Numbered from the stretch's first letter, positions 9,517 to 18,723 are shown. The stretch is 64,000 nt of DNA from Ignavibacteria bacterium (GCA_038225955.1 JBBRQV010000001.1:6266-70265); one strand, 5' to 3'. The notes: generated from the sequence alone by a model not told the origin. Program-made: numbers and translations.

Positions 9517-12210
9517 CTAGTTTAATTCAACTTTGTTTCTGTTTACGTTAGAGCTGAACGATGCCAATTCAACCGGCATAGGATTGTTTGTTGAAGTAAG
9601 AGTAAAGATAGAGAATGAATTTAATCCTGTTGCCGTTGCAAAAGCAGGAGGACCTACAGTATAGCTTCCGTTTGCAAGCTGTGGAACCCAGTCAACACCT
9701 TGGTTAGAGCTTTTGACTATTCTTGTATTAGCAGGTACAGTCATATTGTAAAATTGTTCAGGGTATGAATATAAATTAACATCATAGTTCAATGCTACCG
9801 GACTTCCAGTAACATAAATTGAATCATAAAAAGCTGCATAGTCGTGATTAGCGCCTGGAGGAATTTTACCGCCGAAATGTCTTAATGAAATATTAAAGTT
9901 AAATCCCGATGTAGGAGCATTGATAGTAATCGAGGCCATTAATTTTCCGCCGAATGAAAAATTATATGTGCCTAATGCATTAATTGAATTTGTAATAATA
10001 GGAGGCGCAGCTGTAGGTGCTGCTGCAAGGTCTGCGCATCCTATTGCCGATGTACCACCAACCACACTAATAGAGCGCTGCACGTCGTTAATATCTCTCG
10101 ATATCGAAGGATAGTTTACAGGCGTCCCTTGTCCGTAAGCATACCACGCTTCTGAGTTACCGGGAATTAAAGACATATTTGCAGATGCCGTAGCAGTCCA
10201 TAAACTTGCGGATGAAACATTTGCAACAACATCCGAGAGAGAACTCTTATCACCCAATGAGTTTGTTTTCCATGTACCAAAATCAAGTCCGATATTTGTT
10301 GTATTAAATGCGCCAATATTTCCTGTGATAGCGCCAATGTACAAATTATTATTTGCAGATGTATCCTGCCAGTTTGCTGCATTTTGAACGCACATAGGGA
10401 AACCACCTGCGCCGCCTGTTCTGTTATAATACACTATATTATTTCTGAATGTAATAGGTCCTGTAGAACTTCTATAAAATCCATAAGAATAATTTGTAGC
10501 GCCCGTTGTACTTCCTGCAATGTAAATTGAGTTATACAGGAATGACATTGTACCTGTATTTAAAACACTGTGCAATATACCTCTTATCTGAGCTTCGGTA
10601 CCCGTTTGTGTTGCAAGAGAAATTGCATTGTTGTACACAAATACGTTACCAGTAGTACTTGCTATTTGTATTCCGTTAATCTGCGGCGCATTTACGCCCG
10701 TATTAGTATTTGTACATGTCAGGTCTGAAATTTTATTGCTGTAAATATTCGTAGTACCCGTTGCCGTACCACCGGCATAACAAATTCCTGCAAACGAGAG
10801 AGCAAGAGTTGAATCTGAAAAATTCTGAATATTATTTACAACATTATTGTTAATATTTGTTATATGGTTTGCTGTTCCGTTTAATGTTCTTATAGGAAAA
10901 ACATTAAAAGATGTAGAAACAACTGCATTATTTGCTTTGAAATTACTAAACGTATTGTAGTAAGCATTAACTCTGAATCCGCTATTAATTAATAAACCGC
11001 AGAGTCTGTCGTTCTTTTTTCTATAATAACTTACGTTTGAAATTGTATTGCTGACAACATTAATTGTATCCGTGAGGCCGCCGCTGACAGTTATTAATCC
11101 GTTATCATATGTGCAATGAACAGTATCCCAAGGATTTGCTAAACCTCCAATCGTATTACTGAATATTTCAAGTCGCCCTACACCTAGAATTCCCACAATT
11201 ATATTTGTAGTTACCGCATCATTGCCTGAAATATTTGCGATAACGTTATTTCTAACAGTTGATAAACTTGCAGAGCCAACGGTAACTCTTATTGCTTGGA
11301 GCGTTGTACCATTTGCATTTAAAAGCGTTGCGCCTGATCTATCTGATGCAGAGCCGCCGATACTGTTAAAGCTAATCGAGTTATAAACGCTTGTTGCACT
11401 ATTATAGTTTATAATGTTAATTGCAGCAGTTTGCGCAGTATCATTATAGAAGTAGTTTGAATCTACGGCAACACTATCTCCGATAGATGTTAAATCCATT
11501 ACAGCAGTTGAAGTTCCACTCCACTTTCTGAATGTATTGCTGGTAAAAGCAAGTCTGCTGTTGCTTGCAGGAAATACTGCAACTGATGAACTATAAATTG
11601 CACGCACATATCTCTCGCTGTTAATACCTTCAAAAATATTTTTTGTAACGTATATACTGTCGTTTCCTAATGTACCTGTTGTGCCTGCTAACCTTACAGA
11701 TGCGTTTGTACTCGTTGCGGTATTACTTCTTATAAAGCAGTTTCTTACTGCTATCGCTCTCGCTTCGTTTATAAATTCAAATACAGGAGTTGTGTTTGCA
11801 GCGGTAGAATTATAATTCTGGAACACAAGAAACTGCCCTGCGCCAGCGAATGAACCTTCGATGTAAATTTTTCTTACACCGTTGAATCTTATCATAGCGT
11901 TTGCAGCTATACCTGTACCGCTGATAATATAAGTAGTAGCAGAGGAAGGAGTGATGTAAACTCCGAATCCGCTTGCGATTGCATTTAATGCGTTACTGCC
12001 GTCTTCGGTGCAGTTTCCAACAACTGCTACGGTTAAGTCTCCGCTGAGACCAACTGTATTAATTGCCTGAAACAAGCCGCCTGCGCCCGTTATGCTTGGG
12101 AATGTTCCGCCCGGTGTGCCGAGAGTTACGATTCCGCTAAGCTGAGCAAAAGATGTTGTGCCTATAAATAACGAGCACAAAATTATAAAAGTACTAAAGA
12201 TTTTTTTCAT
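9517..12210 (-). CDS. Large parallel-beta-helix-like surface protein (N-terminal 897 codons up to the in-frame TAG at 9517..9519)
   Basis: Signal peptide MKKIFSTFIILCSLFIGTTSFAQ (start moved to the ATG at 12210). Long N/T/S/G-rich repeats of the ..NN.I.N.. type. Ends in PVELASFSSNVNRNKVELN followed by TAG. Confidence 0.8.
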   Translation of the reverse strand: MKKIFSTFIILCSLFIGTTSFAQLSGIVTLGTPGGTFPSITGAGGLFQAINTVGLSGDLTVAVVGNCTEDGSNALNAIASGFGVYITPSSATTYIISGTGIAANAMIRFNGVRKIYIEGSFAGAGQFLVFQNYNSTAANTTPVFEFINEARAIAVRNCFIRSNTATSTNASVRLAGTTGTLGNDSIYVTKNIFEGINSERYVRAIYSSSVAVFPASNSRLAFTSNTFRKWSGTSTAVMDLTSIGDSVAVDSNYFYNDTAQTAAINIINYNSATSVYNSISFNSIGGSASDRSGATLLNANGTTLQAIRVTVGSASLSTVRNNVIANISGNDAVTTNIIVGILGVGRLEIFSNTIGGLANPWDTVHCTYDNGLITVSGGLTDTINVVSNTISNVSYYRKKNDRLCGLLINSGFRVNAYYNTFSNFKANNAVVSTSFNVFPIRTLNGTANHITNINNNVVNNIQNFSDSTLALSFAGICYAGGTATGTTNIYSNKISDLTCTNTNTGVNAPQINGIQIASTTGNVFVYNNAISLATQTGTEAQIRGILHSVLNTGTMSFLYNSIYIAGSTTGATNYSYGFYRSSTGPITFRNNIVYYNRTGGAGGFPMCVQNAANWQDTSANNNLYIGAITGNIGAFNTTNIGLDFGTWKTNSLGDKSSLSDVVANVSSASLWTATASANMSLIPGNSEAWYAYGQGTPVNYPSISRDINDVQRSISVVGGTSAIGCADLAAAPTAAPPIITNSINALGTYNFSFGGKLMASITINAPTSGFNFNISLRHFGGKIPPGANHDYAAFYDSIYVTGSPVALNYDVNLYSYPEQFYNMTVPANTRIVKSSNQGVDWVPQLANGSYTVGPPAFATATGLNSFSIFTLTSTNNPMPVELASFSSNVNRNKVELN

Positions 12211-12356
12211 ATTTCTAAAAGGTTTTAATTTTGGTACTAATAATATTATTAGCATAATTAAAGAAAAATCCTAACAAAAACCTAACAAATTAGCATTTTT
12301 TGTAAGATTTAAAGCGAAGGGAGAGATTAATTTAACATAACTTCTAATAAACAAAT

Positions 12357-12386
12357 GTTTACTTTTGTTTACTTTTGTTTATTTTT
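12357..12386. repeat. 10-bp tandem repeat GTTTACTTTT x3 (third copy GTTTATTTTT)
   Basis: Read directly. Each copy contains TACTTTTG, which fits the Bacteroidetes-type TAnnTTTG -7 element. Confidence 0.8.
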
Positions 12387-12905
12387 ATTAAGGCACTCGA
12401 TTTTTTATATTCTAATTTTTAAAATAAAACCGATTATAGGAATAGTTCAGCTGCCGCCTGCTAAACGGCACTTGAAATAAAATATCCAATATTTCCGACT
12501 TTTGCAAAGAAACTTTTTCGGATTTGTTTGTAACTTTAAAAATCAAACTCATCGAAAAAGAATAATGAAATGATTTACCAATCCATTGTATGTCTTACAC
12601 GTCAGTATAGTCGCAACGTTTTGACATATCTTGTAACCTCAATTTCCAAAAATCTAAATAACATCAAATTTCATGCTGTTAATATAAAAGTCTTATGCAT
12701 GTTTTTTGAGTGTTAACATTTGTAATGTTTAAAATCTTTTCTACAATCTTAACAGCAACTTAATTTGTCTTAGATTCTACTACGACTTCAGCTAATCTAT
12801 AAATTTCAATTCTTTTGATTTGATATCCCAGAAAAATCCAAAGCAGTTTATCGCTCGTTGTTTAATTTAAGATTAAAAAATCTTAAATCTCAAAAAGGAG
12901 AAATT

Positions 12906-13628
12906 ATGTCAAAACAAGAAATTCAAAATAACACATCCGAAGGATTGGTTGAAGTTATTAAAACCCCAATTAGCAGAAGAAATTTTCTGGCATTTACAGG
13001 AATTTCAATTGCTGCAGCAGGGGTAGTATCCTTAGGCTTACAGGGATGTAAAACAGATGATATTGTTGCACCGGTAACCGGTTCTGTTGATGTGGGAAAA
13101 AATGATACTGGTGTCTTGAATTATGCTTATGCTTTAGAACAGCTTGAAGCTGCATTTTACATTCAGGCAGTTGCAACACCTTACTCAGGAATGACAGGCG
13201 CAGAGCTTGCAATTCTTACAGATATAAGAGATCATGAAATATGTCACAGAGATTTCTTTAAAGCTGCTATAGGTTCTGCAGCTATCGGAAGTCTTGTTGT
13301 AAATTTCTCTTCGATAAACTTCACAAGCCGCGCAAGTGTATTAGGCACTGCAAAAGCATTTGAAGATTTAGGAGTCTCTGCTTACAACGGCGCAGGCTAC
13401 TATATTGCTAACCCAGTATATCTTGAGCTTGCAGGAAAAATTGTTTCAGTAGAAGCAAGACATGCAGCAGCTATAAGAGATTTATTAAATCCACGCTCTG
13501 CAGATTTTGCAGGCAATGATGTTGTTGATGCCTCTTCGGGTCTGGATGTTCAAAGAAAACCAAGCCAAGTGCTTCCAATTGCAGCAGCATATTTATCAAC
13601 AACAGTTACTGCTAACTATTTACCATAA
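12906..13628 (+). CDS. Ferritin-like domain protein with Tat signal and lipobox
   Basis: AAGGAG RBS 7 nt upstream of the ATG at 12906. SRRNFLAFTG twin-arginine motif and LQGC lipobox. VLNYAYALEQLEAAFY...VEARHAAAIR ferritin-like helices. Confidence 0.8.
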   Translation: MSKQEIQNNTSEGLVEVIKTPISRRNFLAFTGISIAAAGVVSLGLQGCKTDDIVAPVTGSVDVGKNDTGVLNYAYALEQLEAAFYIQAVATPYSGMTGAELAILTDIRDHEICHRDFFKAAIGSAAIGSLVVNFSSINFTSRASVLGTAKAFEDLGVSAYNGAGYYIANPVYLELAGKIVSVEARHAAAIRDLLNPRSADFAGNDVVDASSGLDVQRKPSQVLPIAAAYLSTTVTANYLP

Positions 13629-13639
13629 GGAGAAAAAAA

Positions 13640-14422
13640 ATGAAACTCGAAAATCTATATAACGACATTCAATCAAAAATTAGTGATGATAAGCACTCAC
13701 GAAGAGTTGCTTTCAAACAAGCTGGTGATTTCGGAGTAAAAGCAGCACTAGTTTCTTTGCCGTTTGTGCTTTCCTCGCTTCTTACTAAAACAGCAGGCGC
13801 AAAAAATACATCTGCGACAGTGGTAGAAGTACTTAACTTTGCTCTTACCTTAGAATTTCTTGAATCTGCATTTTATCAGAGGGGAATTTCTATGGGTGTT
13901 ATTGCAGCAGGTGATGCAGCTGTATTTAATCAGATAGTACAGCATGAAGCATCGCATGTTATCACACTAAGAAATACTATTATAAGCTTAGCCGGAACAC
14001 CTGTATCACAGCCTACTTTTGATTTCACAGCCGGAGGAGCGTTTCCTGATGTATTCACCAATTATGCCACTTTTTTAACAGTTGCTCAGGCGTTTGAAGA
14101 TACAGGCGTGAGGGCTTATAAAGGACAAGCCGGAAACCTGATGAGTAATCCTGGAGTTCTTACTGCCGCTTTGCAGATTCACTCTGTTGAAGCCAGACAT
14201 GCTTCAGAAGTAAGAAGAATACGCGGACAAAAAGGATGGATTTCTAATGCCGATGGCGGCGGTGCTCCTGCCTCAATTTATGTAAGAGAAGATAATTATG
14301 TACAAGGCGGAGTTGATGTAAGAACTATAAGTTCAGTATCGCCTCAGGCAATTACCGAAGCTTTTGATGAAACTTTAACAATGGATGAAGTGCTGGCAAT
14401 AGCCGGTCCGTTCATAGTATAA
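13640..14422 (+). CDS. Ferritin-like domain protein (paralog), probable Tat signal
   Basis: [20 protein letters not shown] followed by a hydrophobic stretch. [16 protein letters not shown]...[11 protein letters not shown]. Confidence 0.8.
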   Translation: MKLENLYNDIQSKISDDKHSRRVAFKQAGDFGVKAALVSLPFVLSSLLTKTAGAKNTSATVVEVLNFALTLEFLESAFYQRGISMGVIAAGDAAVFNQIVQHEASHVITLRNTIISLAGTPVSQPTFDFTAGGAFPDVFTNYATFLTVAQAFEDTGVRAYKGQAGNLMSNPGVLTAALQIHSVEARHASEVRRIRGQKGWISNADGGGAPASIYVREDNYVQGGVDVRTISSVSPQAITEAFDETLTMDEVLAIAGPFIV

Positions 14423-14438
14423 ACCAAAGGAGAATAAA

Positions 14439-14591
14439 ATGTTTGGATTAGGAACACCTGAAATCCTTTTAATAGGAGTTGTAATATTGGTTCTGTTCGG
14501 CGCAAAGAAAATTCCTGAAATGATGCAGGGATTTGGTAAAGGAATAAAGGAATTTAAAAAAGCTACCGGCGATGTAACAGAACACATATAA
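14439..14591 (+). CDS. tatA: Twin-arginine translocase subunit TatA/E (50 aa; absent from the ORF track)
   Basis: [59 protein letters not shown] has the TatA TM helix plus the LFG-x-KK-x-P and G-x-x-EFKKA amphipathic-helix signatures. Confidence 0.8.
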   Translation: MFGLGTPEILLIGVVILVLFGAKKIPEMMQGFGKGIKEFKKATGDVTEHI

Positions 14592-14624
14592 AGCAAAAAA
14601 AATAAATTATATATTAAGTATCAA

Positions 14625-14656
14625 AAAGTCCTTTAGAGTTATCTCTAAAGGACTTT
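14625..14656 (+). terminator. Hairpin terminator after tatA
   Basis: AAAGTCCTTTAGAG-TTAT-CTCTAAAGGACTTT, a perfect 14-bp stem. The T-run is short. Confidence 0.6.
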
Positions 14657-14884
14657 CAATTAAATTCATTATCAGTGATATCAAAAACTAATTTTATTGA
14701 CTGACTTAAATGTCATAAGGTCATAAGTAATTTGACATAATTGCTGTTACGCAATTGAATATAGTCAATAATAACCGTTTAAAGAGCTTTATTAAAAAAA
14801 AAGTTAGGCACACGTATTGAATTAGTAAAGAATATATTTAAAAAACGCAGCCAATCAGGCTGCATTAATCGAAAGGAATTAAAA

Positions 14885-15493
14885 ATGTTTACAAAAATCT
14901 ACAAATTAGTTTTTACTTTAGTAATGTTCGCATTACTTACATCAAGTATTACACAGGCTCAAACAGTTAAAAAAACTATGGTTGCCGTTTACCCTGCAGT
15001 CTCAATTGCAATTGGTGGTGGCGCGCAATTTCCTGTAGGAGATTTAGGCACAACGTATAAATCCAGTTTTAATGCCGGATTAGATGTTAATCTTAAAATT
15101 AATAAAGAAACATCATTCTTTTTAAACGGCAGTTATTTTGATTTGCCAAGAAAACCGGATGGTATTCCGGGACCTGATGCAAGTATCCTTTCAATAACGG
15201 CAGGACCTAGATATGTATTTTCTAGCGCAAACGTAAAAGCTAAATTTTTTCTTGAAGCTGGTCTCGGTGCTTACATCATAAGTACAAAAGATTATACAAC
15301 TCTTACAACACCGGCTGTTTTAATTCCTGGGACATCAAAAGCTAATTTTGGTGCAAACGTTGGTCCGGGTGCTGTTTTGCCTTTAAGTGATTCAATGGAT
15401 TTATTGTTGAAAGCTAAACTTCATTATATCTTCACAACAGGCGGTTCAAGCACTTTCATATCAACAGCAATAGGACTTGATTTCAAATTGTAA
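14885..15493 (+). CDS. Outer-membrane beta-barrel protein, 202 aa (copy 1)
   Basis: Signal peptide ending AQ, beta-strand pattern, C-terminal IGLDFKL. About 89 percent identical (22 differences by my count) to the 18115..18723 product. Confidence 0.75.
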   Translation: MFTKIYKLVFTLVMFALLTSSITQAQTVKKTMVAVYPAVSIAIGGGAQFPVGDLGTTYKSSFNAGLDVNLKINKETSFFLNGSYFDLPRKPDGIPGPDASILSITAGPRYVFSSANVKAKFFLEAGLGAYIISTKDYTTLTTPAVLIPGTSKANFGANVGPGAVLPLSDSMDLLLKAKLHYIFTTGGSSTFISTAIGLDFKL

Positions 15494-15524
15494 TTCCAAT
15501 CGATAAGATGTAAGTATTACTCTT

Positions 15525-15558
15525 AAGGTCTTCAAATTAATTTTTGGAGACCTTTTTT
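15525..15558 (+). terminator. Rho-independent terminator after OMP copy 1
   Basis: AAGGTCTTC...GGAGACCTT stem (1 mismatch) followed by TTTTTT. Homologous to the terminator at 18756. Confidence 0.65.
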
Positions 15559-15560
15559 AT

Positions 15561-15825
15561 TTACGGTTCATTTGTTGGTTTGAATCTGCTGAAGTATCAA
15601 AGAAAAATATTGTGCGGTCAGGGACTTGAATCAAAGGTTGAAATCATAACAGTCAAGAGAATTCATGTTTTACAAAAATGGTTAAGGGAAGGGATTAAAC
15701 GCTGCATTATTTTCTTAAAATCCGGTAACGAAACCAATGGCGAGTTCCGGCTTAAAAGCGGTTTTGAGCGAAGAAAAGACCTTAGAGCTTTCTAGATTTG
15801 TAACAATAAAGTGGTATAAACAATC
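15561..15825 (+). pseudogene. Truncated, frameshifted relic of a class I SAM-dependent O-methyltransferase (paralog of 22860..23525)
   Basis: The track ORF 15544..15795 reads ..GLESKVEIITVKRIHVLQKW.., compared with the intact OMT ..GLESKVKIITGKAMDVLEKM... DNA homology starts in a different frame (AGAAAAATATT shared). The N-terminal ~90 codons, including the SAM motif, are missing. Confidence 0.6.
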
Positions 15826-15973
15826 ATATTCGTATCGATGAGCTTATCCTTATTACACTTACTTCTTACCTTTTCTTTCTATACCTTCTAAGTAGTAATA
15901 CTGTGAGTATAATTACAGAGAATAAAAGACGCAATCTCTGTTACGAAATAAACTGGTGAAGGACAAGTAATAA

Positions 15974-16663
15974 ATGAAACGGAATAAGAAAACAACTGTA
16001 TTAATTATTGAAGATAACAGACTTCTAAGAGAGGGACTTACTTCAATGATAAATGAACAGCCTGATTTAAAAGTAATCGGCACATTCAGTGAAACGGAAA
16101 AATCGATTCAAAAAATTGCTGAACTAACGCCTGAAGTGGTTTTGATTGACCTTGGATTAAGAAGTAAGAATAGTCTTCACATTGTAAAATCTTTAAAAAA
16201 ACATTCACCTGGCATTAAAGTAATTGTAATGGACCTGATGCCCATAGAAGATGATATATTGGATTTTGTAAAAGCCGGGGCTGAAGGTTTTATACTAAAA
16301 GATGCGAAGGTAAACGAATTTTTAAAAACTATAAGCTCTGTTGCTGCAGGGGAAAAAGTACTTCCTTCCAATATGACAGGGTCACTTTTCTCACAGATAA
16401 TCGAAAGAGCAATAAGCGGCAAAAAAAACCCACATCTTGAGCAGGCAATTAAAATGACTAAACGGGAACGTGAAGTTGTACAGCTAATTGCCGAAGGACG
16501 CTCAAATAAAGAAATCGGAAAAACACTTCATCTTTCACCTTTCACGGTAAAAAGCCACGTGCACAACATACTTGAAAAAATGGCTTTGCATACAAGATTG
16601 CAGATAGCAAACTTTGCTCATACAAATAAAGATTTTAACTATGTACAAACACCCGCTAACTGA
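15974..16663 (+). CDS. NarL/FixJ-family response regulator (REC + LuxR HTH), copy 1
   Basis: VLIIEDN..VVLIDLGL (acceptor Asp)..GFILKD (Lys). C-terminal TKREREVVQLIAEGRSNKEIG..SPFTVKSHVHNILEKM LuxR-type HTH. Confidence 0.9.
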   Translation: MKRNKKTTVLIIEDNRLLREGLTSMINEQPDLKVIGTFSETEKSIQKIAELTPEVVLIDLGLRSKNSLHIVKSLKKHSPGIKVIVMDLMPIEDDILDFVKAGAEGFILKDAKVNEFLKTISSVAAGEKVLPSNMTGSLFSQIIERAISGKKNPHLEQAIKMTKREREVVQLIAEGRSNKEIGKTLHLSPFTVKSHVHNILEKMALHTRLQIANFAHTNKDFNYVQTPAN

Positions 16664-16824
16664 TTTTAACTAAGACATAATTTTATATTTTAGCTGTTAA
16701 AATCCCCGATGCATATCTTTACGGGATATGAACATCTCCTGCATTTCACTTCCTTATTTCCCTGCGTTTCTTTATTTTCCAGTTAAGCTAAATCTACAAA
16801 TAAGTAAGGTATATCATATCCTTT

Positions 16825-17559
16825 ATGGCAAAATTAATCGATAAAGACTTAACTGCAATCAAACCGGAAAAAATTGGAGTATTAATCATTGAAGATAACC
16901 GTATGCTTCGTGAAGGAATAGCTGCAATGATAAATGAACGCCCTGATTTAAAAGTTGTAAGCGCATTAACTAAGAGCGAGAAATCACTGGCCAAAGTTTT
17001 TGAGCTTAAGCCCGATGTAGTTTTGATAGACCTTGGATTGAGGAACCAGAGCAGCCTTCACATTGTGAAATCATTAAAGAAAAAATCTCCTGATATAAAA
17101 ATAATAGTAATGGATTTAATGCCCGTAGAAGATGATATTCTTGATTTTGTTAAGGCCGGCGCTGCGGGATTTATTCTTAAAGATGCTAAAGTCAGTGAGT
17201 TTTTAAATACAATCAGTTCAGTTGCCGCAGGAGCAAAAGTACTCCCATCGGATATGACCGATTCACTTTTTTCCGCCATAATTAAAAGAGCAATGCTAAG
17301 TTCACGAAATCCTGATCTTAGTCATTCTGTATGGATGACTAAGCGAGAGCGTGAGGTCGTTGCTCATATAGCCGACGGCCGCTCCAATAAAGAAATAGGA
17401 AAGCTTCTTTATCTCTCACCTTTCACTGTAAAAAGTCACGTCCATAACATACTGGAAAAAATGGCTCTTCATACAAGATTGCAGATAGCAAACTATGCCC
17501 ACACTTATAAAGAGTTCAATTACACGGCTGCCCCAACTCCAACAAATGAAAAAAAATAG
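16825..17559 (+). CDS. NarL/FixJ-family response regulator, copy 2 (tandem paralog)
   Basis: Same architecture and motifs as 15974..16663. Confidence 0.9.
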   Translation: MAKLIDKDLTAIKPEKIGVLIIEDNRMLREGIAAMINERPDLKVVSALTKSEKSLAKVFELKPDVVLIDLGLRNQSSLHIVKSLKKKSPDIKIIVMDLMPVEDDILDFVKAGAAGFILKDAKVSEFLNTISSVAAGAKVLPSDMTDSLFSAIIKRAMLSSRNPDLSHSVWMTKREREVVAHIADGRSNKEIGKLLYLSPFTVKSHVHNILEKMALHTRLQIANYAHTYKEFNYTAAPTPTNEKK

Positions 17560-17573
17560 CTTGGAATTTTTTA

Positions 17574-17632
17574 TAGTCCATTCAGGTTAGCTCTCTTTTC
17601 AACCCACCGCCCGATACAAATCTAAAAACAAT
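17574..17632 (+). repeat. 59-bp direct repeat, copy A
   Basis: TAGTCCATTCAGGTTAGCTCTCTTTTCAACCCACCGCCCGATACAAA.. aligns with 17999..18057 without gaps. The core TCTCTTTTCAACCCA is identical. Confidence 0.75.
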
Positions 17633-17729
17633 TTCATTAATTTATTGAGTGTATTTCATACTAAATTATTAATTTTTAGCATCGAATTTACTTGTCACTT
17701 TTTTATTATATAGTTTTAATCCTTCTCAA

Positions 17730-17930
17730 ATGGATAAAATATATGGTGTTTACACCAGAAGCCTCACTCAGGAAAAGTGGCATTGGAAAAAGGAATGTCC
17801 TGACTACCCCCAAGATGTAATAAATGAATGTATGATATCAACTAAGCCGCTTCCCCTTAGCGAACTTTGCGCGTTATGCTTTGAAATAGATATATCTTTA
17901 TATACACCTTTTCAAAACAAAGTGCTATAG
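17730..17930 (+). CDS. Small Cys-containing hypothetical protein, 66 aa
   Basis: ATG ORF between the two 59-bp repeats, with WHWKKECPDYP and CALC motifs (4 Cys). No recognisable family and no SD. Confidence 0.35.
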   Translation: MDKIYGVYTRSLTQEKWHWKKECPDYPQDVINECMISTKPLPLSELCALCFEIDISLYTPFQNKVL

Positions 17931-17998
17931 GATGCAAGTCGAACATTCTAAGGGAATCACACATGAATGGCTTCAGAGATGGGTAGGGTTAAAATCAG

Positions 17999-18057
17999 TA
18001 GTCCATTGTGATTAGTTCTCTTTTCAACCCAAAGCCCGATTGCAAAATCAAAGCAAT
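17999..18057 (+). repeat. 59-bp direct repeat, copy B
   Basis: TAGTCCATTGTGATTAGTTCTCTTTTCAACCCAAAGCCCGATTGCAAA... Confidence 0.75.
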
Positions 18058-18114
18058 ATCCGTAGATTATTAAGCATTACCATTTAAGGTAGTGCATACG
18101 AAAGGAATTAACAA

Positions 18115-18723
18115 ATGTTTACAAAAATCTACAAATTAGTTTTCGCGTTAGTAATGTTTGCATTATTAACAACAAGTATTACAGAAGCTCAAACAGTTAA
18201 AAGAAGCATGGTTGCCGTTTATCCCGCAATCTCAATTGCAATTGGCGGTGGCGCACAATTTCCTGTTGGCGATTTAGGAAATTTTTATAAATCAAGTTTT
18301 AATGCAGGATTAGATATTAATCTTAAAGTTAACAAAGAAACATCATTCTTTTTAAATGCATCTTATTTTGACCTGCCAAGAAAACTCGATGGTATTCCGG
18401 GACCCGATGCAAGTATCTTTTCGATAACAGCAGGACCGAGATATGTATTTTCAGGAGCAAATGTAAAAGCTAAATTTTTTCTTGAAGCAGGTTTAGGTGC
18501 TTATATCTTGAGCTTAAAGGATTATACAACTCTAACAACTCCGGCTGTTTTAATTCCCGGTACATCAAAAGCTAATTTTGGTGCAAACGTAGGACCCGGT
18601 GTTATATTGCCTTTGAGCGACTCAATGGATTTACTAATGAAAACAAAACTTCATTATATCTTCACAACAGGCGGTTCAAGCACTTTTATATCAGCGCAAA
18701 TAGGACTTGATTTCAAATTGTAA
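18115..18723 (+). CDS. Outer-membrane beta-barrel protein, 202 aa (copy 2)
   Basis: Near-identical paralog of 14885..15493. Confidence 0.75.
   Translation: MFTKIYKLVFALVMFALLTTSITEAQTVKRSMVAVYPAISIAIGGGAQFPVGDLGNFYKSSFNAGLDINLKVNKETSFFLNASYFDLPRKLDGIPGPDASIFSITAGPRYVFSGANVKAKFFLEAGLGAYILSLKDYTTLTTPAVLIPGTSKANFGANVGPGVILPLSDSMDLLMKTKLHYIFTTGGSSTFISAQIGLDFKL

Noticed and set aside
12867-12886. Palindrome TTAAGATT-AAAA-AATCTTAA upstream of the ferritin-like operon as a Fur-type iron box
   Set aside because: It does not resemble the GATAATGATAATCATTATC consensus. It is a simple AT-rich hairpin and I cannot support a regulator assignment.
12858-12905. TTG-initiated extension of the first ferritin-like gene; similar extensions at 29519..29551 and 23444..23536
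   Set aside because: Downstream ATGs give canonical N-termini (RBS plus Tat signal, MKFSDFEY of PepF, MTGF.. after the OMT stop). The extensions overlap a palindrome, non-coding DNA or the preceding gene.
14375-14596. 73-aa minus-strand track ORF
   Set aside because: It is antisense to the tatA gene and the 3' end of the ferritin-like gene. The plus-strand reading has an RBS and family signatures.
15544-15795. 83-aa track ORF treated as an intact gene
   Set aside because: It starts (TTG) inside the OMP1 terminator. It is a frame-shifted, 5'-deleted copy of the O-methyltransferase at 22860, so it is kept only as a pseudogene.
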